Source of the DNA: Candidatus Bathyarchaeia archaeon
GTDB lineage: Archaea; Thermoproteota; Bathyarchaeia; TCS64
Direction: 5' to 3'
Assembly: GCA_050014495.1 (NCBI GenBank)
Contig: JBEKDF010000008.1
Location: 25,587 to 89,586, forward strand
DNA length: 64,000 bases
The notes below the pieces were generated by a model. It had not been told where the DNA came from and searched no databases. It worked only from the letters and a program-made list of their open reading frames with translations. This document shows positions 42,271 to 52,954 of the stretch, piece by piece. Position 1 is the stretch's first letter, and each line of letters opens with the position of its first letter. Made by a program: the position numbers and the translations under genes.

Positions 42271-43512
42271 ATGAGGATCGCTTTATTCGTTTGGGAATAC
42301 CCTCCAACCATTGCAGGTGGCCTAGGAACCTATGCCCAGTACATGGCCCCAGGCCTTGTGAAGAAAGGACACGAAGTATCTGTCTTTACATTAAATAGGG
42401 GAAGGCTTCCAACCCATGAGATTATCGACGGAGTTGACGTCAATCGACCCCTGATCTCGGATACTAGCAACGTCTTATCATTAATCGCTGACCACAGCCT
42501 CAGAAGGTGGGGGTCTGGGCTCAGGTTCTTCAGCGACATCATGATGTACAACACACTTTCAGCCTCAAAGCTACTCAACGAACTCATCATCGAGCAGGGA
42601 TGCAAATTCGACATGGTTTCATTCCACGACTGGTTAAGCGGCATCGCCGGCCTTATGGTAAAGCAGAACTCGGATCTACCCTGCGTCTTCCATGTACACT
42701 CTACAGAGTGGGGCAGAACCAACGGTAGAGGTTCAGAGGTAGTCTCCAGCATCGAGAAAGCATCCTCAGATAACGCTGACCAAGTTGTGACTGTGAGCAA
42801 TGCGATGAAGCACGATCTGATTACGCATGGGTGGAATGGGGATAAGATCAACGTTATCTGGAATGGGGTTGACCCATCAAAATACGATCCATCCAGATTT
42901 ACCAAGAAAGATGCTCAGACAATTCGAAGAAAATACCAAATAAATGAAGACGAAAGCATGGTGCTATTCGTCGGTAGACTAACCCAAATAAAAGGAGCCA
43001 TGGAGCTCATCAATTCGATGGTAGAGGTCCAGAAAAGGTCACCGAAAGCCAAACTAGTGATACTGGGCATCGGTGAGCAGGAGAACGAGATCCAGTACCA
43101 AGTCAACAACCTTGGCTTGACTAACAATGTAAAACTCCAATTCGAGTTCTTATCAGAAGAAGAGAGGATACAACACTACGCAGCATCCGACGTCTGCGTC
43201 TTCCCATCAACATATGAGCCATTCGGAATCGTGAGCCTCGAGGCGATGGCCATGGCTAAACCAGTGGTCGTCGGAGCACGAGGCGTGGTTGGATTCGCCG
43301 AACAAGTCTTACCGAACGGTCCGGAAAAATGTGGCATCCACGTCAACGGGGGAGACCCAATAGACATCGCATGGGGAATAAATGAGGTTCTCAGTGACAA
43401 AGAAGAAGCAAAAGTGTGGGGACAGAATGGTAGGAGGAGAGTTCTCGAATGTTTCACATGGGACAGAGCTGTCTCAGAAACGCTAAAGATCTATCAGAAC
43501 GTTATACACTAA
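42271..43512 (+). CDS. GT4 glycosyltransferase (glycogen synthase-like)
   Basis: WEYPP...GGL, HDW, FVGRL...KG, PSTYEPFGIVSLEAM. Confidence 0.93.
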   Translation: MRIALFVWEYPPTIAGGLGTYAQYMAPGLVKKGHEVSVFTLNRGRLPTHEIIDGVDVNRPLISDTSNVLSLIADHSLRRWGSGLRFFSDIMMYNTLSASKLLNELIIEQGCKFDMVSFHDWLSGIAGLMVKQNSDLPCVFHVHSTEWGRTNGRGSEVVSSIEKASSDNADQVVTVSNAMKHDLITHGWNGDKINVIWNGVDPSKYDPSRFTKKDAQTIRRKYQINEDESMVLFVGRLTQIKGAMELINSMVEVQKRSPKAKLVILGIGEQENEIQYQVNNLGLTNNVKLQFEFLSEEERIQHYAASDVCVFPSTYEPFGIVSLEAMAMAKPVVVGARGVVGFAEQVLPNGPEKCGIHVNGGDPIDIAWGINEVLSDKEEAKVWGQNGRRRVLECFTWDRAVSETLKIYQNVIH

Positions 43513-44548
43513 CAACCGATCTAATCTTAAAGGCCACATCCTCTGGCCTCGTTTCAACCACCACCTCGTCGTGAAGCCTCTCCATAAACCCTGTATCAGC
43601 TGTATAGATTGGCTTAACATCGGGTCTTGAGATCATTCTTAAGTGGACACTGAAATCTCGTAGCTGAGAGTCAAGTGGCCCGGAGAACAGGGACAGATTG
43701 AAACCCTGCACACCGAGGGCGCTGTAACCCCGCAGTAAGGCCGACAAACCCTCCGATAAGTCTCCAAGCATAGCCTCACTCATATCAAAAACGTTGGGGG
43801 CATCCACGACGCCTGTCACATCATTATTCCCAAGTCCACAGAAGCTCGTGTACCAATTGGAGACGCCAAACTTCGCAATGAAACGCTCCGCCTTCTCTTC
43901 CTCAACCTCAACAATATCACGCCAGTAACTTATGCCATGCTTATCGTGGAAAATTCTAGATGCCTCCAATTCATCGTACACGTAACGAGTAGGCTCCTCG
44001 TCAGCGATCACTTGGAGGTGTGGGTGTAGCATGCTGGCTGCAGCCGTTGGAAGATGGTTCCAGTTTATGGAGCAGAACTTGACCCGTGGGTACTTCACCC
44101 TCACTGCTCTGACGTACCTGATCGACGCCTCAAGCCCGTTTTTAATATGCAATGCATCGAACTTTTCAAGTGGGAGGAAATGCTCCGCAGTTAACACGAC
44201 CACCGCATGATGTTGGGCGAATGCGAAGAGATTCGGGAAAGCAACGGCTTCACCGACCCTCAACCTGCCTCCCAGGATAAGGCTCTCAGGAAACATGGGG
44301 GTATTTGCCTCCAAGTGATCAGGGCAAAAAGGACAACTCTTCCGAGAAGACTCAACTAGCTCTAAAACCGATGAGTCACCAGCCCTAACTTTAGGCCTAT
44401 TAGCCCTCTCGCTATTGATCCTACACCACCTATCAAGAAGCGTGTCCTTCCTACGCTCAACCAGCTGAACCTGTGGCTTGAACCCCGTGGAGGGGGTCAG
44501 AATCGTTGTTTCCTTTATGCTGCTCTCAAATCTCACATAGTGTTTCAT
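43502..44548 (-). CDS. GalT-like nucleotidyltransferase (HIT family)
   Basis: RANRP, CPFCP, FPNLF, AASMLHPHLQ. Confidence 0.85.
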   Translation of the reverse strand: MKHYVRFESSIKETTILTPSTGFKPQVQLVERRKDTLLDRWCRINSERANRPKVRAGDSSVLELVESSRKSCPFCPDHLEANTPMFPESLILGGRLRVGEAVAFPNLFAFAQHHAVVVLTAEHFLPLEKFDALHIKNGLEASIRYVRAVRVKYPRVKFCSINWNHLPTAAASMLHPHLQVIADEEPTRYVYDELEASRIFHDKHGISYWRDIVEVEEEKAERFIAKFGVSNWYTSFCGLGNNDVTGVVDAPNVFDMSEAMLGDLSEGLSALLRGYSALGVQGFNLSLFSGPLDSQLRDFSVHLRMISRPDVKPIYTADTGFMERLHDEVVVETRPEDVAFKIRSVVSV

Positions 44549-46494
44549 GCCGCGTATGCCTCTTTAGCCACATTTAAATCCTCAGAAATGACCCTCAGGA
44601 GCTCCCCGACGCTCCAAGCCTGGGTGATGCAGCCACGCGGACGATGTGGGGCATCGCCGTCGAAGACCTCAGATACATTACCTAGACCAGCCTCGCTTAG
44701 ATGCTGATCAAAGGCGTGCAAGATATGGCGAATCATCACCGAATTAGGACTCCAACCCAGCTTCACGTAAGCCGATATGAAGGGTCCAACTAGCCAGGCC
44801 CAGACTGTGCCATTATGGTACGCAGTATCACGGTCGCTCGAGCTTCCTGAGCAGACCCCACAGTATCTGGGATCACTGGGTGACAGACTCCTCAACCCAT
44901 AAAGCGTCAGAAGATTTCTCTCAACATTTTTGAAGACACTACCCCACCTTTCGCGCCATAGAACGGGGAAAGGGAGGCTTATGGCAAAGATCTGGTTTGG
45001 CCTAATCGAAGGGTCTCCCCTTTCATCATCGACACAGTCGTAGAGGTAGCTACAATCATTATACCAGAACACCTCGTTGAAGCTGCTCTGAATGTTTGAC
45101 GCCAATGCACTGTAGGGTTCAGGTTCCTCACCGAGCCTTTTTGATAGCTCTTCGACGGATCTGAGTGCATTATACCAGAGAGCGTTCACCTCAACGCATT
45201 TATCCCTCCTTGGGGTAACTGGGGCACCGTCTACTCTAGCATCCATCCAAGTTAGGCAGTGCTCACCTGATTTTGCCTCCAGTAAGAAGTCTTCAGCCAT
45301 CTTGCTATAATCGGTTCCGCGTCGATACCACTCTATGATTTCCACGAGCTTCGGGTAAATCTCTCTGAGGAATCGTAGATCAGAGGTGTATTCGAAATAC
45401 TTGTAAGCGGAGTAGATTAGCCAGAGCGATGTATCTATCGACGCATAGTGAGCGCTCTCATTTTCAAAGTATACTGGGACAAGGCCATTCTTCGATTTGT
45501 TCAAAAATCTCCTAATAACGTTCTTAGCCTCATCGAATCTCCCAGTTGTTAACAATAAACCGGGTAAGGCGATAGCTGCGTCTCTCCCCCACTCACCGAA
45601 CCAATGATAGCCAGCAATAATCGTGCTCGTTCCATCAGGTAGCTTCACGGTGAACTGATCCGAAGAATGGATCAGCCAATCAAGTAGGTGATTGCCACTC
45701 GATTGAATTAGCTTAGTTTTAGAGGCTTCATCCAAAGCCGCTTCATTAGTGAGATTAGGGATATCGAATGAGGCCACTATGCTGAAAATATTTTTGTCCC
45801 TTAGGGTTGTTTTGAAGATGCCTGGGCTGAAGTGGTCGTCTCGATCAGGAAGGCCTCTCTCAGTTTCTAGGTCATAAACCATATTTCTGTACCAATTCTC
45901 TGAGGACTCATACTCGCCACTACTTATCAGGTAAAGACTCCTCGTATCGAAGTTGGACGCTAAACAGACTCCACCCGAAACCGGATTTTGTGAGAAGGTT
46001 AGTCCTGTATTCTCTCTTGTTCTTGAGTGAAAGTCTCTGCAATTGACGAGGGGACGAACCGTAAGGTTGACACTGCAAAGCGCGTCGGACTTGTATGAGA
46101 TGATCGATGTGTTCCGCCCAGCTAGCATACTAATCGTCTTCTCTAGGGTGACTTCACCAATCCGGTAAATGTACCTCGGCGAGGGATCTAGGCGGAACTC
46201 AACGATGTACTTGTTTCCATCAGGGTATATTGTATTAGGATACTTGTTCACTGAAAGAGAGTAACTCTTCCCCTCGATGCTGATCGACTCCTCAAGTTTG
46301 GAGAGGACAAGTAGTCGTCGAAGGTTTGGGGGAAGACTTGCCACCAATAACCCATGATAACCTCGAGTGTTAGCCCCAATGATTGTTGAGGAGGCATAAC
46401 CACCCAAACCATTCGTAATTATCCACTCCTTATCCATCGCCTTAGAGTAATTAGCGATAAAATCACGCCCGAAGACAATGGGCTCGGTGCTCAT
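44545..46494 (-). CDS. Glycogen debranching enzyme (amylo-alpha-1,6-glucosidase)
   Basis: EWIITNGLGGYAS, IAGYHWF.EWGRD, TWMDA, RPNQ, YHNGTVW, QAWSV. Confidence 0.95.
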   Translation of the reverse strand: MSTEPIVFGRDFIANYSKAMDKEWIITNGLGGYASSTIIGANTRGYHGLLVASLPPNLRRLLVLSKLEESISIEGKSYSLSVNKYPNTIYPDGNKYIVEFRLDPSPRYIYRIGEVTLEKTISMLAGRNTSIISYKSDALCSVNLTVRPLVNCRDFHSRTRENTGLTFSQNPVSGGVCLASNFDTRSLYLISSGEYESSENWYRNMVYDLETERGLPDRDDHFSPGIFKTTLRDKNIFSIVASFDIPNLTNEAALDEASKTKLIQSSGNHLLDWLIHSSDQFTVKLPDGTSTIIAGYHWFGEWGRDAAIALPGLLLTTGRFDEAKNVIRRFLNKSKNGLVPVYFENESAHYASIDTSLWLIYSAYKYFEYTSDLRFLREIYPKLVEIIEWYRRGTDYSKMAEDFLLEAKSGEHCLTWMDARVDGAPVTPRRDKCVEVNALWYNALRSVEELSKRLGEEPEPYSALASNIQSSFNEVFWYNDCSYLYDCVDDERGDPSIRPNQIFAISLPFPVLWRERWGSVFKNVERNLLTLYGLRSLSPSDPRYCGVCSGSSSDRDTAYHNGTVWAWLVGPFISAYVKLGWSPNSVMIRHILHAFDQHLSEAGLGNVSEVFDGDAPHRPRGCITQAWSVGELLRVISEDLNVAKEAYAA

Positions 46495-48032
46495 GAATAT
46501 CCCATTTTCCTGAGGCTCATTTTCTGGAACGTTATATGACTCTGAATAACCTTTCTAAGCTCGAGCACGTGTGCCTTACCCTCTAGGTCTGATTCGTTAA
46601 CTTTCCTTACCTTATCAGCCAGCACCTTATCCCGGAGACTCAGCTCAAACCAATTTTCAAAATCGCCCCTACTGCGATGAAACTCGATGCTCCCCTGAGG
46701 CACCTTCGCCAGGAGATTATGGAAGCCTACTAAGCTCAGCACACTTAACCCAGTACTCCCACTTTTCCCCTCAAAAGTCTGGAACTCAAATTGCTCGTTT
46801 GCTGCAAAGGTCTCGATCTTCAACCTGTTCTCGAAGTCCATAAGAATGGCTATAGAGGTTAAAAACGAGTCAATCGGCTTCGCGTAGGGGCTGAAGTAGG
46901 AGTGTACAACCCCCGGTCCTCCCCCAGCAGTGAACATGTAATAGAGGTGATCACTAATCTGCAAGTACCTCCAAATATCTGTGAACTTTTTATCATCGGC
47001 CTCTCTAACCAACATCTCAATATCTCTAACCCCCTCGAAAAAGGCCCATTGCATATCGTTACCAATCCAGCTGTCAGTTGATCGCTCAATATCCGCCCAA
47101 GATACTGTCTTCGATTCAGGGACGTCTAATAAACCAACAGGCTTATGATCTTCTACAACCCTCGAAGGCGTAGACATCCTTAGATTCCCCTTTTTGAGAA
47201 TCTCTCCGGGGAGCCTTCTGAGGAAATCATGTATCCCCGTCTCGGGCCAATGATGCTCGCCGAAGGTCTCGTAGTCTAGGAAAATGCACACGTACTGACC
47301 GTCAGCTGATGCAAGCCAACCCGCATACTTTTCAGCGGTTAGTGGCCATTCGCTCCATGTCTTAGTCGAGAACCTGAAGCCAACGTCGTCTGTTAGCTTA
47401 TAATTACGCAGTATCACTCGGAGCTCTTTACAACCGTTTGCGCTGAGAAGTCGATTTGGGGAGCTAGAACCAATGATCCGGTCAGCGCCTTCTGTGCATA
47501 TACCGTTGAACCCCAATTGCTCAACTAACTTTGCTACCTCATTATTGTAGATTAGCTCAGTGTTTTCGAAAACTTTTGGAGAGTGCCCGAGTAATTCATT
47601 CACTGTATTCCTGTGCTTGTTAACCTGAGCGATGAACTCATCCTTTCTTGGGTAAAGACTCGAAAGAGAATGGTAATATGTCTGTCCTAGGAACTCTACC
47701 CTCCCTGTTTCGGAGAGTTGCTTGAAACTATCCAGGACATCCTTATTGAACCTCTCACATTGCTCAAGAAAGACACCAGATATGCTGAAGGCGACTTTAA
47801 CTTCTTTTTTCTCGTGCTTGAACTGGTCAATTTGCTCTAAAAGTATGGAATTCGACGGTAAGTAGCATTTAGCGCTGGCCCGCTTGAAAATCTCCCCATC
47901 CGTAAAATGATCAAAGTAATATTCGAATAGTTCATCATCAGAGCGTTTTTGAAATTCCCGTTTGCCCCAGAAAAAATCTCGCTTAAATCTATAGGGCTGA
48001 TGCACCTCAAACAATAGCAGGATGTCAACCAA
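46491..48032 (-). CDS. GH57 alpha-amylase-like with C-terminal DUF5752-like domain
   Basis: FEVHQPYR, TYYHSL, NTELIY, DYETFGEH, QISDH.YYM, EFHRSRGDFENW. Confidence 0.93.
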   Translation of the reverse strand: MVDILLLFEVHQPYRFKRDFFWGKREFQKRSDDELFEYYFDHFTDGEIFKRASAKCYLPSNSILLEQIDQFKHEKKEVKVAFSISGVFLEQCERFNKDVLDSFKQLSETGRVEFLGQTYYHSLSSLYPRKDEFIAQVNKHRNTVNELLGHSPKVFENTELIYNNEVAKLVEQLGFNGICTEGADRIIGSSSPNRLLSANGCKELRVILRNYKLTDDVGFRFSTKTWSEWPLTAEKYAGWLASADGQYVCIFLDYETFGEHHWPETGIHDFLRRLPGEILKKGNLRMSTPSRVVEDHKPVGLLDVPESKTVSWADIERSTDSWIGNDMQWAFFEGVRDIEMLVREADDKKFTDIWRYLQISDHLYYMFTAGGGPGVVHSYFSPYAKPIDSFLTSIAILMDFENRLKIETFAANEQFEFQTFEGKSGSTGLSVLSLVGFHNLLAKVPQGSIEFHRSRGDFENWFELSLRDKVLADKVRKVNESDLEGKAHVLELRKVIQSHITFQKMSLRKMGYS

Positions 48033-48186
48033 GGAGCAACGTTACCTTCCCTATGTAGTGATTTAATTGGGTGTTGGTCGTGTATAAAATGGTACACGAA
48101 AAATCGCTGTTTGTATGCGCAAACAACATTTTCCAACTTCGTGCGCACGGCTGTGTCTCTGATAATGATAGTGTCTAGCTCAAGTC

Positions 48187-49146
48187 CTAGGAAGTCACTC
48201 TATCCATAAAGAGCCTGTTGAATCTTCTCCAGTCACAGTCTACAGTCAAGTCAGTATTCGGTTCCTTGGGCACAGTGTGCCTTACGGATAACCCATAAGC
48301 TACCGTCTGGCCAGCAGTCAATCGCCCCTGAGTCTCGACGTCGACAAAACATCTTCTACTCTTCATAATGCTGGGGTCGATGACCGCACCGACGGTAAGG
48401 GCGTCCCCCACCTGAAGGCCGCCGTTCCAATCAGTATGGAGGCTTACGAGATACTTGAACCATGGGTCGAAGTCTTTGAAGCAGTAACGGGTAGCTGGGT
48501 TCGCCTCCCTCACACGACCCCATTCCTCCCCCGAGAGCACGGGCTGGTAGTAGGTCTCGAGGCCAACCATCGTGATGTGCATGCCCGAGTTGAAGAAGAT
48601 CTTAGCGGCGAGGGGATCCCCCCAGATGTTGAACTCGGCGACTGGAGTAATATTACCTGGGACAAGGACAGCTCCACCCATCGTGTAGACATCCTTCACC
48701 TTCCTAGCTAACCCCGGCTCCCTGAGAAGCGCGGAGGCTACATTCGTCAGCGCCCCCAGAGTAACGAGGGTCACCTCACCGGGGTTCTCATTGATCGTCC
48801 TAATCATGAGGCTGGCGCCATCCTCCTTAACCGGACTGATCCCCGGTTTCCTTAAGGCTCTCGTGGAGCCCCTCCCCCCAGTCTTCCATATCTTCAGAAT
48901 GTTTCGCCTCTCCTCCGCTAGGTCCTGCGACATCGAGACTTTGAGCCCTTCTCCGACGGGAATATCCCCCCGGCCAAGAAGCTCAACCGCATTCAAGACA
49001 TCGTCAGTGGAGTCGCGTAGACTTCGTATACCACTAAGCGTCGTAATAGCTTCCACACTCAGATCCTTAGACTTCAGTGCAAGAACAAGGGCCATAAAGT
49101 CATCAAATTCACCGTCGGTGTCAACGAGAATCTTCTTCATGGACAT
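48187..49146 (-). CDS. Nucleoside hydrolase family
   Basis: LVDTD..FDD, LGALTNVA, MGG...GN.TPVAEFNI..DP.AA. Confidence 0.92.
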   Translation of the reverse strand: MSMKKILVDTDGEFDDFMALVLALKSKDLSVEAITTLSGIRSLRDSTDDVLNAVELLGRGDIPVGEGLKVSMSQDLAEERRNILKIWKTGGRGSTRALRKPGISPVKEDGASLMIRTINENPGEVTLVTLGALTNVASALLREPGLARKVKDVYTMGGAVLVPGNITPVAEFNIWGDPLAAKIFFNSGMHITMVGLETYYQPVLSGEEWGRVREANPATRYCFKDFDPWFKYLVSLHTDWNGGLQVGDALTVGAVIDPSIMKSRRCFVDVETQGRLTAGQTVAYGLSVRHTVPKEPNTDLTVDCDWRRFNRLFMDRVTS

Positions 49147-49307
49147 TAATACGTTCTTGACTTAATCGATTTTACGCCTCTAGACCTTACCTTCATTCCA
49201 AAACATCCTATATACAGTAAATTCGCGCATGTGAGCCTCTCAACGCAAACGTCCTCAAGTACTATGATCGTCGAATTGTTATACCAAATCAGCTGAGAAT
49301 TCTTCGA

Positions 49308-50141
49308 TTGAACATGAGTGTATGGCCAGACTCCAAGAGGATGGCTGTCGTCCTGAGCTTCGACCTCGACGCAGAGTCGTTATGGATCCCCCGCGACCCG
49401 AAAAACATCGAGAGACCCGTGACAATGTCGCAGGGAGAGTACGGCCCTAGGGTAGGTGTGCCAAGGATCCTAAAGCTCCTTAAGAGCTACGACATCATGG
49501 CCTCGTTCTTCGTGACGGGATGGGCCATGGAGCATTACCCAGAGACAGTGGAGGACATCGTAGCCCACGGACACGAGATCGGCCACCACGGATACTACCA
49601 TGAGTGGCCAGACACCCTCAACCTAGAGGAGGAGAAAACAATCCTAGCGAAGGGGACCTCCCTTATTAAAGAATTCGTACCCGAGGGCCCCGTAGGCTAC
49701 AGGTCACCTGCCTGGGAGTTCAGCCCCAACACCCTCAGACTCCTAGTCGAGAACCACTTCAAGTACACGAGCAACATGATGAACAGCGACCTCCCCTATC
49801 TACACAAGCTCGATGGGAGGGAGACAACCCTAGTCGAGGTCCCAGTCAGCTGGATAATGGACGACGCCCCATACTACCTCTACAGCACACGCCTCATTGG
49901 CAGGAACATAACTGACCCATCTAACGTCTACTCAATATGGGAGCAGGAGTACACAGGCTTTTACGAGGAGGGCCTCTGCTTCGTCCTCACAATGCACCCA
50001 CAGCTAACAGGTCGCCCCTCAAGGATCAAGGCGCTTGAGAGACTCATAAGGCGGATGCGGGAAGACCCTGGAGTCTGGTTAGCCACGGGTAGGGACGTAG
50101 CTGAACACTGGCTAAGAAAAACCCATAAGAATCCTGATTGA
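49308..50141 (+). CDS. Polysaccharide deacetylase family (PuuE-like)
   Basis: SFDLD, YGPRVGVPRIL, HEIGHHG..H, GYRSP, TMHP. Confidence 0.9.
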   Translation: MNMSVWPDSKRMAVVLSFDLDAESLWIPRDPKNIERPVTMSQGEYGPRVGVPRILKLLKSYDIMASFFVTGWAMEHYPETVEDIVAHGHEIGHHGYYHEWPDTLNLEEEKTILAKGTSLIKEFVPEGPVGYRSPAWEFSPNTLRLLVENHFKYTSNMMNSDLPYLHKLDGRETTLVEVPVSWIMDDAPYYLYSTRLIGRNITDPSNVYSIWEQEYTGFYEEGLCFVLTMHPQLTGRPSRIKALERLIRRMREDPGVWLATGRDVAEHWLRKTHKNPD

Positions 50142-50151
50142 GAAACTACTC

Positions 50152-50820
50152 TTACCAATTACCACCCTTAACTATTTTGGCTACCCTAGCCACCTTCTCA
50201 CCCAAGCCTTTGGCAGACCTCAACCCGAGCTCATCCTCCGCCACTGCGTCGAGGATCCGGCTCCTCTTCGGGTGGGTAACAGACCCACCACCATAGTAAC
50301 AGCCCGGTGTCTCCACAGGCCCAGAGCCCACAACAATCATGTCATGCACTAGGAAGTAGCAGTGAATCATCTGTATGGAGGTCTCCTGACCACCGTTCCT
50401 GTTATATCCGACTGATATCGCTCCACCCACCTTATTAGAAAGCCCCCCACCGTAACCCGTCCTAGCATACCTAACGAATGGCTCAGTTCTATCGAGCAGC
50501 GTCTTAAGCTGCCCACTGATCCCACCAAAATAAACTGGGCTCCCTATGATGATCCCATCACTCCTCGCTAGCCTCGGGTAGACCTCATCCATATCATCCT
50601 CGAAACTCGGGCAGGCGCGAGTCCCAGCCTTCTCATCGAAACACCTGAAACAGGCGATACATGGATGGATCTTGAGGTTAGCGATCTGTATCAACTCGGT
50701 CTCCACATTACCGACCTCCTCCGCCGACCTCAGGGCCTCACTAACCAGCAACTCAGTGTTCCCCTTACGTGGACTACCGACGATCCCGAGCACCTTGACA
50801 GGTTCCCTAGTTTCAACCAT
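50152..50820 (-). CDS. Iron-sulfur flavoprotein / flavodoxin family
   Basis: GSPRKGNT, CIACFRC...C...DDM, GSPVYFG, RNGGQE. Confidence 0.92.
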   Translation of the reverse strand: MVETREPVKVLGIVGSPRKGNTELLVSEALRSAEEVGNVETELIQIANLKIHPCIACFRCFDEKAGTRACPSFEDDMDEVYPRLARSDGIIIGSPVYFGGISGQLKTLLDRTEPFVRYARTGYGGGLSNKVGGAISVGYNRNGGQETSIQMIHCYFLVHDMIVVGSGPVETPGCYYGGGSVTHPKRSRILDAVAEDELGLRSAKGLGEKVARVAKIVKGGNW

Positions 50821-50894
50821 AACCGTAACCCCAATCAGCTTTAACGATGATATGCCGACTACATAATATAACACCAGTTGAGGTTAGCAGAAAC

Positions 50895-52088
50895 ATGGAT
50901 CGGACATCGCATCTAACAAGCTTCGTCAATGGCGCGTCAGCCTCTAACCTACTGAGGGACATGATCAGAGCTGCCAGCGTAAACCCCCCCGGCGGAGAGC
51001 GGGAATGCGCTGAGGTCGTCTACGAGAAGTTGAAGGAACTCGGCCTCGACGTGAAGCTAGTCGAGAAGACCCCTGGAAGAACCAATGTCGTCGCCACCCT
51101 CCACGGAAAAACTGGGACACCGAAGCTGCTATACAATGGCCACATAGACGTGGTTCCACCCGGCAACGGATGGAGCCACGACCCATTCAGAGCCGAGGTT
51201 ATCGACGGGAAGATGTATGGCAGAGGAGCCGCCGACATGAAATCAGGAGTCGCCTCGATGGTCGCGTCGATAGAGGCTATTGTCAACTCAGGCACCAATC
51301 TAAATGGTGACCTCATCATCACAGCTGTGGCAGACGAGGAAACCGGAAGCATCCACGGTACACGCCACCTCATCGAGAGTGGCCTTAAGGCAGACATGGC
51401 GGTAGTATCCGAGCCCACTAATCTGAGGGTAGAGATAGCGAACAAGGGCATATTGTGGGCTGAGATAACCACACACGGAAGCGGCGCCCACGCGTCGAGG
51501 CCCCACCTAGGTGTCAACGCGATCGATAAGATGCGCGACATTATGGAGGCACTGAGAGGCGTCAGACTCGAAGGCAGGAACGAGCTCTTCGATGTGCCCC
51601 AGCCCGTGCTCAGCGTCACCACAATAAGAGGGGGAACAAAGATCAACGTGATCCCCGACCAATGCAGCATCGAGATTGACAGACGACTCCTACCGGGTGA
51701 GTTGCCTGACCTTGCTCTACGAGACATAACCGACGCCATCGAAAAGGCGAAGTTCAAAGACCCTGAGCTCAAGACGAGTATCAAGGTGCTGGAAGAATGG
51801 CCACCCATGGAGACTTCACCCGATGAACGAATCGTAAAGAGCCTCGTTCAGGCCGTCCACTCCGTAACAGGGCTTAAGCCAGGACTCTACGGGAAGGCTG
51901 CAGGGACCGACGCATCCTGGCTCGTCCGCGACGCAAAGATACCGACCCCCCTATTCGGACCAGGTGACCCCCGACTATCTCATACCCCCGACGAAAACGT
52001 CAACCTCGAGAAAGTCACAATCGCTGCGAAGGTCTTCGCAACCCTAGCAGCACAGGTCCTTGGTGCGCGTGACGAGGAATCGAGTTAA
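50895..52088 (+). CDS. M20 metallopeptidase (ArgE/DapE-like)
   Basis: NGHIDVVP, GRGAADMK, DEE, SEPT, HAS, GTD, HTPDE. Confidence 0.93.
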   Translation: MDRTSHLTSFVNGASASNLLRDMIRAASVNPPGGERECAEVVYEKLKELGLDVKLVEKTPGRTNVVATLHGKTGTPKLLYNGHIDVVPPGNGWSHDPFRAEVIDGKMYGRGAADMKSGVASMVASIEAIVNSGTNLNGDLIITAVADEETGSIHGTRHLIESGLKADMAVVSEPTNLRVEIANKGILWAEITTHGSGAHASRPHLGVNAIDKMRDIMEALRGVRLEGRNELFDVPQPVLSVTTIRGGTKINVIPDQCSIEIDRRLLPGELPDLALRDITDAIEKAKFKDPELKTSIKVLEEWPPMETSPDERIVKSLVQAVHSVTGLKPGLYGKAAGTDASWLVRDAKIPTPLFGPGDPRLSHTPDENVNLEKVTIAAKVFATLAAQVLGARDEESS

Positions 52089-52115
52089 AACGAGCAGACA
52101 CACGTAGTATTAGAG

Positions 52116-52427
52116 GTGAAGACGATGTCTGAACATGATGTCAAGATTACGGTTCTGAAGAAGATCAGGACGGGTGAGATCCTCAAGGAGTACGGGGCCT
52201 CAACCGTTGAAGCCGAGTGCCCCGCAATGAAGGAGGGGACCGAGTTTATCTCAAAGGCAGGTAGGATCCCAGAGGGGTTCTGCGGTTGGGCCTGGGCGGA
52301 TATTCAGAGAGATATTTCTGTACTCGCCTTCGGCGGTGATTTCCCCTGGATCAAGAAGAAGGGCACAATGATCAGCTGCTGCACCGATGGGCTTCGCCCA
52401 GTTATCTTCAAACTGGAGCGAGTTTGA
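52116..52427 (+). CDS. TIGR04076-like small protein
   Basis: CP..KEG.EF, PEGFCGWAW, CCTDGLRPVIFKLER. Confidence 0.85.
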   Translation: MKTMSEHDVKITVLKKIRTGEILKEYGASTVEAECPAMKEGTEFISKAGRIPEGFCGWAWADIQRDISVLAFGGDFPWIKKKGTMISCCTDGLRPVIFKLERV

Positions 52428-52497
52428 TCAGATCATCCGAGTGCATTATTCATGCAAATTCATATGCTAAAAGCGCGAATCTTGAACAGGGAATAGT

Positions 52498-52935
52498 TTA
52501 CTTGTATTCTCCACTCATTGAGATGCCTACGAGGAAATGAGGCTCATCTACCTTCCTATAAGTGAATATGTGCTTCAGACCTCGTGGAATGTAGATGCCA
52601 GAAGTCTTATTTATTATGTGGATCTCCTCCTCGTCGCCCAGTTTAATTTCAATCTCGGCTCCGAGGTGTTGTATGTCGTGGGGGTTCGTCCCCATGAATA
52701 GTATAATCTCGTCGTGTGGGTGAGCATGGAACTTGAGCCAGGGGTTAGGGTCGGGGATGGTGTGTATCCCGGAGATGAAAACGTGCTGAGGCACTCCCTT
52801 GATCAATGAGTCCTCGATGTAGGTGTGGCTCATAGTCCTCCCCTTGACCCTCTGCCCCTCAGGTAGGACGCCGTTGGCGAGCCTCTGAACGTGTGGTGTA
52901 TCTATGATGTATTTCCCATACTTAGATTCAATCAT
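52498..52935 (-). CDS. Cupin-fold protein
   Basis: HAHPHDEIILF.G, LGAEIE, IYIPRGLKH. Confidence 0.75.
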   Translation of the reverse strand: MIESKYGKYIIDTPHVQRLANGVLPEGQRVKGRTMSHTYIEDSLIKGVPQHVFISGIHTIPDPNPWLKFHAHPHDEIILFMGTNPHDIQHLGAEIEIKLGDEEEIHIINKTSGIYIPRGLKHIFTYRKVDEPHFLVGISMSGEYK

Positions 52936-52954
52936 ATCTTCATCACACAAGAGC

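Noticed and set aside
51020..51808. Long antisense ORFs (also 59269-59919, 42330-42905, 14506-15015, 37225-37710)
   Set aside because: Shadows of well-supported genes on the opposite strand, with no motifs.
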